This document shows positions 13,157 to 27,117 of a stretch of 64,000 nt of DNA, piece by piece. Both the position numbers and the translations under genes were made by a program. Positions within the stretch are counted from its first letter, which is position 1; every line of letters starts with the position of its first letter. Origin of the DNA: the human T2T-CHM13v2.0 reference genome, Homo sapiens; the NCBI RefSeq assembly GCF_009914755.1, contig NC_060941.1. The stretch is one strand, 5' to 3'. A model generated the notes under the pieces. The model was given only the letters and a program-made list of their open reading frames with translations. It was not told the DNA's origin and searched no databases.

Positions 13157-13300
13157 GGCAAAAATGAGAAATAGAAAAACAAAAAGATCTTGTGTCTCTG
13201 ATGACAACACAAAGCAACTACATCAGCGCTTGACTGCCTGAAAGCTACTATTCAGAGTGTTTTCTGTTATTTGCAACCAAGCTCATTCGCAACTAATACA
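12840..13300 (+). mobile_element. Old MLT1 LTR with internal (CA)n
   Basis: gccatgtgact, gtgcagcagctacctt, terminal ctgttatttgcaacc...aactaataca. Confidence 0.6.
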
Positions 13301-13573
13301 ATACTGGATGTGGACATAACCCCAAATTGTGATATAACTACATCAGAAGAATGACATCAGTATAAACTGGATATAAAATAAAAACATAAACAAAACCTCA
13401 ATTATTTGCTGGCATTGTAAGAAGCCAGAGCTACTGATCAAGAGATATCAGCTTATGTTCATCAATTTTAACATGGAGCTACGTGTAAGAAACAGCTAAA
13501 AGATTTGAACAAAGTTGCTTCTAGGGTATTAAAGAGGGTGAGGTGCAGGGAACTGATATATTTGTTGTGTCTT

Positions 13574-14297
<724 letters not shown>

Positions 14298-14579
14298 TAG
14301 TATTTTGAAAGACATACTCTGTTGCCATTCTACTGCTTTTATCTGTAAGTTTTCTTTAAAAAATTCATTTTGAAAAGGATTTCTTAAGCTGCATTTCCTT
14401 AATTGTCAGAATCAGGACTGGAACGTTAATCCAGTTTTTATGTGTAAAACAGCACATAGAATTTTCTTGTCTTTTTTATTTCCTGTTTTTTTTTTTCTTC
14501 TATCTTTGGTTTTCTTGCTTCATGACCCACATTTATTTTTTTCACAATTTATTTTTGAGATTTTACTTTGTCAACTCGT

Positions 14580-15260
14580 TTATTCTTTGATTCATATAAG
14601 ACACCTTGTTCCATGTATTGTACTAGAAAATAGGTTTAGAGAAATGTACATAATCCTTGTCCTCCAGGCATCTGAGCTACCAGGAAGTCATTATAGTCTA
14701 GGGCAAGTGATAAAGCAAAGGTATACCCATATGAAGGAGGAAGTCCTAGGAAAGTTATGGATTTTCAAAAACCTGGACTGGCTTTTCAGGGAAGATTTCC
14801 TGGTGGAGGTGACTGTTGAGCTGAATCTTAAAACATAATGTTGATTACTTAGTCCAAAAAATGGAGAGAGATCTTTTCTAGGCATAGGGAACAGAATGTA
14901 TAAAGACAAGAAAGCAAGAGAATGTCTTGGGTTTTAGGTAATTACAAATAGCTTAGTGTTGCAGAAACTTGGCAGGTGGTATTAGGTTGGTGGAAACGTA
15001 ATTGCAATTTTTGCCATAAAAGTAATGGTAGCAGATCATTCCAGCAGGTCACAGAGGGCTTTGAAAGTCACTTTCAAGAGGGGTGCTACTGAAGAACCTT
15101 AAGCAGGGTGCAAATGGAACAGTGAGGAGGGTAGGAATGAGAATGGAATGCAGCAGGCCTTTTCATGATATTTAGGACATCTACAATAAAGGTGATTCCA
15201 ATGAAGAGAAAGGTTTAGAATGGAAGAAATGAGTACAGTCAGGAGACCTCAAGCCTATTT
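14580..15260 (-). mobile_element. L2 fragment
   Basis: ttcctggtggaggtgactgttgagctgaatctt and similar L2 motifs. Confidence 0.6.
14982..15030. mobile_element. MADE1 half element (one TIR)
   Basis: ta-ttaggttggtggaaacgtaattgcaatttttgccat...aagtaatgg; right TIR absent. Confidence 0.8.
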
Positions 15261-15759
15261 TCTTAGAGGGACAGAAGGAGGCTATCTCTCCATGTGTTGC
15301 TCCAAACTGGCCCAATCTCTCCGTAGCTCAATACAAAAAAAAGCCCCATTAAAAATGGAATAAGACATTCCAGTTAATATGATGAAGAAACATCATCTCT
15401 AAGAACTCCTTGTCACAGCCCAGTGGTTTGAGCGAGCTGTCTTTTGAGGAGTACGGGATTCAGGCAGAAGCCCTGAGAAGGTAGAAGTGGCTTCAGACAC
15501 AATTTAATGAGGACTATGAGATTGCAAAGAGATTGGATAAACCTTCTTTCCCCTTCTTCAAATTCTCTTTGGTCCCTTGTGAAGTCTTTCATTTTTAATA
15601 CATAGATAGTGTAATAAGATTTGGCAATGTTAGGAATTACAGGCAAAATCATGGTTTCTTAGTTTATCCCAGGGCTTTGACCCTATCAAGAGTGGTGTGG
15701 CTGATGTGGGTGATGGTGGCTGAATAGCACATGGGTAGATGAAGGTGGAAGTCCTTAAT

Positions 15760-16462
15760 TTGGTATTTCCATTCCATATATGTTACACATTTTATAATCG
15801 TCTTGAAGTCCTTGGGTTTTCTGTTCTTTTCCATTCTTTTTTCTCTTTGCATTTCAGTTTTCAAATTTCAGTTGATAGCTCTTCAAGCTAACTGATTCTT
15901 TCCTCAGTTGAATTCATCAAAAGAATTCTTCATTTCTATTATGGTGTTTTTGATTTCTAGCATTTCTTTTTAGATCTTTGTTAGAATGCCTATCTCTCTG
16001 CCCATATTACCCATCTGTTCTTGCATGTTGCTCACGTTCCCATTAGAGCCCTTAGCATATTAACCATAGTTGTTTTAAATTCCCAGTCTAATTCCAAGAT
16101 CTCCGCCATGTTTGAGTCTGCTTCTGAGATCTGCTCTCTCTCTTCAAACTGGCAGTGGGGGGTTGTCTTTTATGCCTTGTCATGTTTTGTTGCAAGCTAA
16201 ACATGATGTACTGGGTAAAAGGGATCTGGTACTGGTTCCCACAGAGTTTTCTGCTCCTGGGCTTTGCTCCACTAATTGATTCTCTGTATCTGACTGTTCA
16301 TCCTTCCATTTGGGGGGCAGCTGCTTGCCCTATGCTGGGTTTTCTGATTGCTTTAAGAAGAGCTGTTCACTTTAAGTTTATTCAGCTTTTTCTCTTGTTG
16401 TGTGGATGGAAGAGACAACTTCCAAGCTCCTTACCTGCTGGACTGGAAGCCCAAAGAAGTCT
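15760..16462 (-). mobile_element. Old L1M 5'/ORF1 fragment
   Basis: Antisense ORF1-like sequence (tcttcaagctaactgattctttcctcag) and L1M 5' end. Confidence 0.65.
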
Positions 16463-16639
16463 TTAATTTGGAATTCTATTCACCAGTTTATGAACAGCAC
16501 TGAAGGATTTGCTTTTAGAATTTTAAAATGAAAGTTTTTAACCACTCACTTGTATTCTTACTTAGTGAATGACAGGGAAGAACTAGGCTTTTGCCTTCAT
16601 ATGAGGATGTTTAGTGAGATCCAGTTCTCTTCTTATCGA

Positions 16640-16790
16640 CACAGAACTTTAGAGGACTCTGTGTCCCATTTTGCAGGTGAGCACAGCTAGGTTCAGACAG
16701 GTAAAGTGATTTTCTAACTTTGCATAGCCGAAGAAAGGTCTTGGGCCCAAATCCAGGTCTCCTGAGTGAGTTCAGCATTCATTCCATGTC
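16640..16790 (-). mobile_element. MIR fragment
   Basis: cccattttgcaggtgag...gttcagacaggtaaagtgatt MIR core. Confidence 0.65.
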
Positions 16791-17087
16791 TTATATGTCA
16801 CCCTGGTCCACCATCCCAAAGTCAATGAGAGTCCTTTAACCTTCGTTCACAGAGATGATAGTCACATCGGCAAAGAATCTGGAGGACAGGTGTGGGTGGC
16901 CTTATTAGAGAGTGAGAGGTAAGGAAGTGATACTAGGAAGACTCAGAGCCAAGAAGCAGCATTCTGATTAGAGAAAGATGTGTTTTGAAAAGGAAAAGGG
17001 ACTTGGAGGCTGTAGGAATGTGAGTCACCTTCCTTGTTACTCCCTGGAGTTCAGCACCCTGCCCAAATCCGGCAATTGTCTGCACAG

Positions 17088-17106
17088 CAATGCCCTCTAG
17101 TGGTTT
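17088..17106 (-). promoter_or_regulatory. Strong CTCF motif
   Basis: Plus-strand tgccctctagtgg at 17091-17103 = CCACTAGAGGGCA on minus, matching the CTCF core. Confidence 0.6.
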
Positions 17107-17431
17107 GAAGAAAGAGATCCTTTTCCCAAAACTTAGCTACAGTAGAAACTTCAAACTTGAGTCTCTGGGAGGGAAAGAAGCTGTCCTTCCTCCATGCTTC
17201 TCTTTGGTTCAGAGATTTGTCTAAACAGTGTTTTTCTCAAAATATACTTTCTAATGTATTTTTATTCAACAATCTGAAGACATTTAGAAACGTGAGTGAT
17301 GGAAAGCATTAACCCATATGGAGAACCATATGTACCTAAGCTTGAGGATGGGAGAGGGAAAGCCACAGAAACACACACACACTAAAGACATCCTGGGATA
17401 TGCACACGTAACTACAAATACTTGTGGTGGT

Positions 17432-17565
17432 TAAAGGTTTTGTGAGCCTTAAAGGTTATGAAATTTGGGAAGCTCCCTTTGATAAAAGAAATATAAAAAT
17501 ACAAATGCAAAATTAGATACAGAGCCATGAAAGGGTCTCCTTCATCAGCTTCATAGTGAATAAAC
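17432..17565. mobile_element. hAT-type MER (MER53-like) fossil
   Basis: ggttttgtgagcct...aaaattagatacagagcc...cttcatcagcttcatagtgaat. Confidence 0.5.
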
Positions 17566-18044
17566 TTCACATGTACCCATATGTTTGTGCACACGCAAAG
17601 AGGAAATTAAAGTGTAGAGTTACTTTTATTTTTTATGCTATTCCTGAAGTCCTATAGCTAGTGAGAATAAAATCACTTTGGAAAGCTGCACACTTATTTC
17701 TATGATGTTACCATTGTTTAGAATTTATCTGGAATTACAGGAATTGCCTTCAGATCCTGTGACATATTCCTCAAAATACCATTAATCATGGTAACTTTTA
17801 TCATTTCAGTGCAGATTCATTTTTATTTGAAATAGCCAAGGCCACACAGAGCCTATTCTGGTAAGTACTGAGATAGGTAGTTAGGCCGGATATGCTGTTT
17901 TTGGTCAAGAGTAAAAAGTCATTTAAATAAACCATCAAACTATTTTTCCCATTTATTGCTTCTGTGCTAGTCTGTGAACAAGCTTCTCTGAAAAGGAACT
18001 CCAACATATTTTTAGCAATAAAAAAAATCATTTGGATTCGGAAT

Positions 18045-18500
18045 GTAGATGGTACCCACGAGAATGTGACACGGTCTTACAACTATATGAAGATAATTGA
18101 CCAGGGGCCCAGCCACTGAAGTGTGAAATCCATTTACCTGTTCACACAGAGGCCAGGCCTCCCCGGGCTGCTCCCAGCTCAGAAAAGAACGTAGCAGGGA
18201 CTGAAGGAAGACTCATCCCTAGCAGGGACACCTCTTGATGACCAGCTTTGGCTCAAAGACATCCCAAGACTTTGCTGAACCATTTGTAGACTACACAGAA
18301 ATCTAGGATGTTTCCATCAAACCTTCTCTTTCTCCATCCTTCACTCAAGGTCAAACTTGCCTCATGGTCTGATGTTTCTCCCAGCTTGCCTCCCTCTGAT
18401 CCTACCCCACAGGTATTTCCTTCCTGCAGGCATTTTTCTTAAAAGACCTTGCACATTTGATCTCGTTTTGGTTTTTGCTTCTTGCAAGACTTCCAGCTTT
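18045..18500 (+). mobile_element. LTR16-family (ERVL) LTR
   Basis: ggctgctcccagc, ctttggctcaaagac, cttgcacatttgatctcgttttgg...tgcttct. Confidence 0.65.
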
Positions 18501-18619
18501 CCACAGTAATCACTTTGAAGAATGGCGTCATCTTTGTTCTCTCTGATATCTACGTAATTGTAACAAAGAATCTGGATCCATTTTCTTGTGTTTAATTGTT
18601 GACGGCTTTTATATCTCCT

Positions 18620-18970
18620 TCCTTCCTCTACTCCTTGTGCCCCACATCTGGAAAGAGAGATAATAAAGCCTGGGCCCTTCCTCCTTAGCTCTAGCAGGAA
18701 ATTCAAACCCTATAACCCCCTGCCCCAGCACAGGAACTTTCACCTTGGCTCTACTCCCCAACCACCATTAAAACTCAGATCAATCTCCTTTCTTCAATCT
18801 CTCAGGTTAGTTTGGACCTGCTTGGGAGGCCTGCCCTGATCTCCCAGAGAACTCAATTATATAAGTAATAAAAGTTTTCACAGTCTCTTGATGAACATGT
18901 GGCATCATCGGTTGCAACATCTAAACCAGTTTGGGAGGGAGGTCTATCCCTCTTGGAAGGTGGCCACAAT
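18620..18970 (+). mobile_element. MER54-like (ERVL) LTR
   Basis: ggacctgcttgggaggcctgccctg...gtaataaa...tgtggcatcatc. Confidence 0.7.
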
Positions 18971-19013
18971 AGTAATAAAATGTTGCTAGTTACCAAATAT
19001 TGGAAGTGGTTAG

Positions 19014-19426
19014 TGTCTTAGTCATCTCAGGCTACTATAACAAAATGCCACAGACTGGGTGGCTTAAACACCAGAGATTTATATCTCGCAGTTCTGGAGG
19101 CTGGGAAGTCCAAGATCAAGGTGTTGGTGGCAGATGTGTTTCTTGGCAAAAGCCCATTTCCTGGCTTGCAGGTAGCCTTCAGCTCATTGTGTGCTCACTA
19201 GACCTTTTCTTTGGGCATGGACATGGAGACAGCGAGGTCTCTCCTCCCCTCCTTATAAGGACACTGTAGGAGTGTCCTATTTATAATCCCACTATGGGAA
19301 CTCCATCCTCATGACCTCTTCTAAACCTAATTACCTCCCAAAGGCTCCACCTCCTCACACCACAACATTGGGGGTTAAGTCTTCAGCAGATGAACTTGGA
19401 AGGATGCAAACATTCAGTCCATAACA
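19014..19426 (-). mobile_element. MLT1A-type solo LTR
   Basis: tgtcttagtc...aacattcagtccataaca; TSD gttag/gttac. Confidence 0.85.
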
Positions 19427-20649
19427 GTTACTCCGGTCCACTACGAAAAAGAAAATTTGCAACGTACCCTACATTTTCAGTTGAGGGGGTCACTAGCTAT
19501 GCAGTCAGTCCTCTTCCTTCAGGGTGTGTAAAATGATGCCATTCAGAAAATCTAGCACTGCCCACCTACTCCCCACGCACCACTCTAATATAAAAAGATG
19601 GCTGAGAGAGAGAGGAGGTGGCATTTTGAAGAAATGTCATGTTTACAAAAAGTAGCTCTCTCTTCTCTCCAAGGCTGAGGGAAGGCGCCACCAAGACAAA
19701 CCACCACACAGTGGGAAGTGCCTAAATCTTTTCTCCCTCCACTAATTCTGGGATGAGAAGATCATCTTGTCAGAAAGGTGACAAACGAATGGACTGGCAA
19801 ACCTAATTACCAGTAGGGCATGTCAATAAAGGTAGAAGAGAGAAGATACGGCTGCAATGGGGGGAGACTTCCGTGGGGGAGCCAGAACTCCTCACATTTT
19901 CATGTGGCAAAGATGTGTAAGTTTTCTAAGACATAAAGGTAGATAGCTCCAGATATCTTGAAGCTATTTCAGCCTATAAGGCTGCAGGCATGGTATGGGG
20001 GACAAAGAAGCAAGATGGGATAGGCCTGTAGTGAGTTTTGGGAGGAGGGGGATATATTGAAATTGAGAAACAAATCCAAAGGAATGTGCAGGCAGTGGGT
20101 CCCCCAGGGCTCTCAGAAACACCAGCCAACACCCTCTCTGAAATAACCAGTATTCTTGGAATCTGACAGCTATGTGTCTTGGAGACTTGATACACAGTTA
20201 GAATCGATGGCTACTGGCTGTCGGAAAACAGACAAAAGCCAACAGAAAGAAGTGGTGACTTTGCTACGGGTCAGCCAATAAGGGCCCCGTGGCACTCCTC
20301 TCCTTCCTTTGGGCTATGACATCGATGCGGTATGTGCCACCTCTATATTCAAGCCACGAGCCACAAGTGTAACCCCTATAGGCAGGGATTGGTGAGGAGG
20401 ACCTTAAAATGATTATAAAATTAACCATCAAAATAAACAACACTGAATCTAAGAGAAAGGATGTAAGACGGATCTAATAACTAAAAGTGATCAAAGAACA
20501 ATGGAATTCAACTGTGCTATCGGGAGGAGAATCCACTATCACGTGGGGGAAACGTTGAATAAAACACAAGTCGCAGCAGAAATTGAAAAAAAAATGATTT
20601 CGTGTTTTCGTTTTAGTGAGCTGACACTCTTTTTTAAATTAATTTTTTA

Positions 20650-21016
<367 letters not shown>

Positions 21017-22934
21017 CTATAGATATATGCAATTAATTGCTTTCCCGTTTTTAGACAAGTTAATTTAAACTAGGTTATGTCCATTACGTTCAGCCACTGG
21101 GCTCGTACTCACATCTCTCCACTTTGAATATCTGTCCTCCCAGTTCAATTTGTATCTCAAAATTTATAATTTTATATTGCTAGAGAAACAAAACCATCTT
21201 TTTTTCTCTTCCTTCAGGGACTCTGGGGAAGAGAATGGGGAAGAGAATGTCCCTTGGCTAAGAATTTAATCTAGCTCTTTCCAGAACTAATTACAAAACC
21301 TCTGTGAGGCGTTTGGGTAGTTATAAGAGCAGTTCTTAAGCGGCATAAAGCTGGAAAATGGGCCCATTTCTTATTTTCAACAGGTCCTAGGAGTCACAGT
21401 TTGAAAGGGTGGGAGTACTTACATTGTTCAAAGGTAAATTACATAAGGTGTTAACTACATGGAGAGAAGAGGCTTTGAAAACTACGGGGATATTTAAAAA
21501 GTATTTCTCTTCCATTTTATGGGCTTAGACTAATAGATCTGATAGTTAATATTTATCTTTGAGAGCTGTGTGTACGTGCAGTGGAGAAAAGTGTGGTTGA
21601 TGAGTGCAAGGTTGCAGGGAGAGCCCACAGCTTCCAATGAGCAATCAATAGGCTATGAAGATTGTCTCCAACTCACTGTGGTATGGAGACCCCAAGGGGA
21701 CCGGATGAGGAGTGTCCAGGCCAGCTCGGGACGATTCTGTGGGACTGGGGATGCCAAGTCCACCATCAACTCTCTCTGGGATACTGTCTTAAATGGACTG
21801 AGAGCTAGATAAAAGTTCTGCTAGTGGGGAAGGAGGCAGCTACTGGTTTGAGATCAGTCTCTGCAGGGAGGAAGAACATTTTGCTGAAATGAATAATGAA
21901 TCACAGGAAGGAGAATAGGGAGAGATGCTTCTCAATAAGGAGCAGACCCCCAAAATAAGGGTGTATGGCTAGGAATTAGGGGAGCCCATAAGAGCATCCC
22001 TATACGGATTTCATATTGTGTTTTTCCTTTGTATTATGGCAACGGAAATTTTAGATATCTGTGCTCTTGTATTATGGTTTCCTTTTGTTATTACAATCCT
22101 GCAGAACAGTCGACATGCATACAGACATATACATATATATCAAAGGAGATCAGAGGCGTTCTGCATGTTATGGCGGTAGACACATGCACATATGCCTACC
22201 AGCAGTGTTGTGAAGAACAGCATAATGAAGGAAGTAGGGCCTGGCCAATTTGCCCTTCTGAGGGTGCCACGCAGAGGAAGAGGCATCCTAGAGAAAACCT
22301 CCTTCCCAAATAAACGGTCAGAGGCCCAAGATAGAGCTGGGAGCCGTGGGAAGCAAAGCAGAATGGTGAGTCTTGGAAGGCTTGTAAATGAAGCCCTTTC
22401 TCCTTCCCCGTATACATGAAAAGCAGCTGACCTTTCAAAACGAGAAGAGGCTGACGTGTAGGTTACTCTACTCACTCCTCGGGACCATCTTCTCAAATGC
22501 CACATCCTTTACTAAGCTTTCCCTGAGCTCATCCAAGCTGGAAAAAATTCTTCACACCTCTGAAAGCTGAGAGCCCTTGATTTGGGCCTCCCTTATGGCA
22601 CTGAACAATTTCTGCTTTAAAAAAGTTATTTTGGAAAGCAACTCCTTTGTTCAGATACCTTTGGTTTGCCCCCCACTCCCCCCAGCCCCACTTCACTTTT
22701 TATTCTCTCCATCCCTTTTTCAGCTGAGCGGCTGCAAAACACCAATAGACCCACATACTCTCCAGCGTCTGCAGGAATGGGCCTGGGAGGAGCTGTCACA
22801 GCGGGAAGAAAAGAGGTCGGGATATGTAATACCTCAGTGCTTTCCCTGAAAGGTCACCTCATGGTGACTACATACGTCTTTCAACTGAATGTCACTCCTT
22901 TCAAGGTGCCTGAAACGGTAAGACCCTATCCCTT

Positions 22935-23842
22935 TGTGTCTGGAATTGGTTCCTTCCCGTGGGTCCTTGGTCCTGCTAACTTCAAGAATGAAGCCGAGGA
23001 CCCTCGCGGTGAAAAAGTTCTTAAACATTGCACGTCCGGAGTTTGTTCCTTCACGTGTTCAGAAGCGTCCAGAGTTTCTTCCTTCTGGTGGGGTTGTGGT
23101 GTCACTGACTTCTGGGGTAAAGCCCCACACCTTTGCAGTTAGTGTTACAGCTCTTAAAGGAAACGTGTCTGGAGCTGATCATTTCTCCCAGCGGGTTCGT
23201 GGTCTCACTGGCTTCTAGAGTGAAGCTGCAGACCCTCGCAGTGAGTGTTACAGCTCATAAAAGTGGCACGTCCGGAGTTGTTCGTTCCTCCCAGTGGGTT
23301 TGTGATCTTGCTGGCTTCCGCAGTGAAGCTGCAGACCTTCGGCATGAGTGTTACAGCTCATAAAAGCGGTGAGTCCAGAGTTGTTTATTTTTCCCAGTGG
23401 GTTTGTGGTCTTCCTAACGTCAGGAGTGAGGCGGCAGATTTTCAAGGTGAAGATTACAGCTCACAAACGCAGCGCGCAGTCAGAGTGAGCACTAAGATTT
23501 ATCGCAAAGAATGAAAGAACAAACCTCCCACGACCTGCAATAGGACCGAGTGCGTTGCCACTGCTGTCTCTGGTGGCCTGCTTTTATTACCTTATTTGGC
23601 CCCACCCACATCCTGCTGATTGGTCCATTTTACAGAGTACTGATTGGTCCGTTTTACAGAGTGCTGATTGGTCCATTTTACAGAGTGCTGATTGGTCTGT
23701 TTTTACAGAGTGCTGATTGGTGCATTTACAAACCTTTAGCTAGACACAGAGTGCTGATTGGTGCATTTATAATCCTTCAGCTAGACAGAAAAGTTCTCCA
23801 AGGCCCCACCCGACCCAGAAGCCCAGCCGGCTTCACCTCTCA
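22935..23842 (-). mobile_element. LTR12 (ERV9) solo LTR
   Basis: Minus strand begins TGAGAGGTGAAGCCGGCTGGGCTTCTGGGTCGG and ends CCAATTCCAGACACA; perfect 4-bp TSD cctt; ~103-bp U5 repeats. Confidence 0.95.
23575..23765 (-). promoter_or_regulatory. LTR12 promoter: six CCAAT (NF-Y) boxes, GC/GT box and TATA-like AATAAAAG, directed leftward
   Basis: Six ctgattgg repeats at 23616-23761, ggccccaccc at ~23598, cttttatt at 23581-23588. Confidence 0.75.
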
Positions 23843-24186
23843 CCTTTCCAAATTCCAGCATCTACCACCCACCTTACTTCTGAAGGGGCTAGGGATGATA
23901 ATACCTCAGTACTACTTACCCAGATAACCACAATGCTCCTTAAGCCTCACCTATATTCATTCCTCTGCAAGTAGATCTTCAGCTTAACTTACTCTGTGTA
24001 TACTAAATGTTTATTATTGGTATGTTACCTTGCACATCCTCTTCCTATACTATAAATAAATTGAGAGCACATTAATAAATGCTTGCATTATGCCTATATC
24101 TGACCACGGCTAAAAGAGAGTCTTGTATATTATAGGTGCCGGATAACCATTTATTTAATGATATGCCTACTTGTCTATTTCTGGCA

Positions 24187-24396
24187 CAGAGTTTATCAAC
24201 CTTGGGGCTACTGAAACCTTCGGCTGGGTGGGACTCTTTGCTGTAGCGGGCTGTCTGGTGTGTTTGGCAGCATCCCTAGTTTCTGTTTACTGCATACCAG
24301 TAACACTCCAGTCCCAGTTGTGACAACCAAATATGTCTGCAGACATCGTGAAAAGTCCCCTGAGGAGCTGTATCACACCCAGTTGAGATTCGCTGC
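24187..24396. mobile_element. MER20 (hAT-Charlie)
   Basis: tcaaccttggggctactg...ggcagcatccct...cccagttgtgacaaccaaa...cccagttgaga. Confidence 0.9.
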
Positions 24397-26618
24397 CCTA
24401 GATGTTTGCTACTTATGCCGTTTTAGCATTCTTGTTACCAAAAACAATACCTTTACTTTGTAATAGTAGTTCATAATCTACATATATGTGTATACACAAG
24501 CACACCATGGCTGAATGCACATATTGAATTCCATAAACATGAATCATTCAAAGTTGCAGAGTCTGACATATACAAATACATGTGCACATGTGAAAAATGT
24601 ATTTGAAAGGGGCTGTCAAAGTTAGGAAATCAAAGACAGTTTTTCTTATTTTTTCTTCATTATCGAATGGAAAAAAAATCACCTACAAATTGGAGATAAT
24701 ATTAAATGAGATCTCTTTGACCTTTACAGAGTTGCACTTAGATCTTCAAAAGATCATAGGCATAAGTGGAAATGTAAAAGTGCTAAACATAGCGCATGAA
24801 ATAGGAAATAATCAAAAGAAGGTGCTTCAAAGTACAACAGTAAGAACACAAGTGTCTGCCAATCCCTTCCCCCACATCCAGATATTCACTGAGATGACCC
24901 ATGGTTTGCAGGCACAGGGAAACGTATCACAATGCCCTTTAATTTGCTGCTTGCAAGAAAACTCTGTTAGGGGCCTCGGATGTCTAAAAGCCACTATGTT
25001 GGTCTTTGTAAATTATCTCAGGTTTCATTCTTCCCCTTTCCTCTTTGTATCCATTTGCTTCCTCTTAGCTCTGGTTCTTTCTCTCACCAGCGGATACTGT
25101 GTGAGTACCACCATGTTGCAGAAATCTAGGGGAAGCCAGTCACTTAATTTGTGAGCATTCTTTTGCCAGAGGGCTCTCTTTTATTACAATGTCAATACAG
25201 TTCCTCCCCCTCCCTCAAAGGGCTAAAGATATTGTGGGACTGTTTTGAGGAGTACTTCAAAGTCCTGTGTGGGGCGTATGTGATGGAGGAAATTTTCCCA
25301 GGGCTTTGGTGCATGGAACTTAGGCAAAATCACTGGAAACTGCCTGAAGACCCAAAGAGGCAGTTTCAAATGAGGTCATCAATTCAAACAGAGTTGGACA
25401 TAACAGGAAGAGACAGTGTAAGATACCAATAATATCGGCCGTGCTGGGAGCCAACAAAAGAAAAGTATGAGATCAATAAGAAGCCTAGGGTAATTCAGAA
25501 GCCCAAGTTTATTTTAAGGCCAAGTACAAGAATCTGCGGTGGCTCTTTAAATTGCTCCCAAAGCAGCTGACAAAAACGTGTTGAATTTCAAGGGTCAATA
25601 GTATAAAATCAACCACAATAATAGCAGGCACCTTAAATTGAACTTTCACCAATCGAAGTGAGACTTTGACTTAATGCTGAGTTAAGAGGTGGGTGTGGCT
25701 CATCCATTTAATGGAGAAAGGTAACAGCAACAGCCTTCAGAACACACTGGAGGTGGCTTAGTTCTGCTTCTTCGCTCTCACTCATAATTGTTGCTGCAGA
25801 CTTAACCTAAAGTCTGTTCATCAGCCTTTCCAAAGATTTTCTAAGTTACTAAGTATATTTTAATAAATTTCTTTCTGCTTAAAGTAGCTAGAGAAGATTG
25901 TATTCTCATGATTACAAATACAATAATCCTTAGATTTTAATTCAAGACACACACACAGACACACACACACACTGAAATAACGCATTCTACACTTACATGA
26001 ATCTGTAAGAAACTACTGATGTTTAGGCTCCCATCCTCTGGTCAGCCCTCATTTGGAAACAGGGATAGATTAAGTTAGTATCAATTAATGGAGAAGGAAT
26101 ACAGTAAGAGGTGAAAGTCTTGTCAACATTTGAGACTTTCTCATTTTGGTGCACAATCAGTACTGTACAGTATATAACACTAGGGTACTGTAACAATATA
26201 GATTGATTTTAAAGTATCATCTTCCATTAACCTACATTGTATGCAACTGAATTTTTGTTTCCCACTTAAAGCTTTACAATAAGAAGTTATATATGCATAT
26301 ATATAATATACATATAAAATGTATACACATATACACATATTATAGTATAATTGTGTTCTTATGACATCTCAAGACAACAAAAACTACATTACAAAATTTC
26401 CATCTCAAAAATCAGTCTCCCAAGAAACTAATTTGCAAAGGAAGGCCACCAAGGAAGTAGAAAGTTTCTGGCCATGATTCAGGTAAGGACAGATCCCAGG
26501 AAGTCGAGCCTAGAATTTGTGGTCATTTACTACTTCTGGGTAATTTTTGATTCCTTAGGGGATGGCTGGAAGAGGTTAGAGTGGCAAAAAATTGGAGTTC
26601 AGGGTCCACTAAGCAGTG

Positions 26619-26916
<298 letters not shown>

Positions 26917-26999
26917 GGTTTTTTTTGACCTCTCTCACCTTAAGCTGCAATGTCAAGGGACAGAATCCTAGAAATCAGAGTTAACTATAAGTAGACAAG

Positions 27000-27117
27000 T
27001 CCTTACAGGGAATAAAGTGTATCTTTGAGTCATCTATATATCTGTTGATCCCATACTGTATATCTGGGTCACCAGATATATAGATGACTCAAAGGTCCGC
27101 TTTATTCCCTGTAAGGA
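27000..27117. repeat. Long inverted repeat (~54-bp arms, ~11-nt loop)
   Basis: Arms compared directly: 4 substitutions and 1 indel. Confidence 0.95.

Larger units (their letters stand above)
10350..13560 (+). mobile_element. Very old HAL1/L1M 5'-ORF1-type fragments, interrupted by LTRs
   Basis: A-rich degenerate ORF1-like sequence (ggaaattaaaaacatgata, tcagaatagcaccagacttc). Confidence 0.5.

Noticed and set aside
23000-23765. CRISPR-like or novel repeat array (~103-bp and ~24-bp periodic units)
   Set aside because: No unique spacers; these are the normal U5 and U3 tandem repeats of LTR12 in a primate genome
24597-25154. Longest ORF (185 aa)
   Set aside because: No recognisable domain or family similarity; length is compatible with chance in 64 kb across six frames. 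A BLASTp/PhyloCSF hit would be needed.
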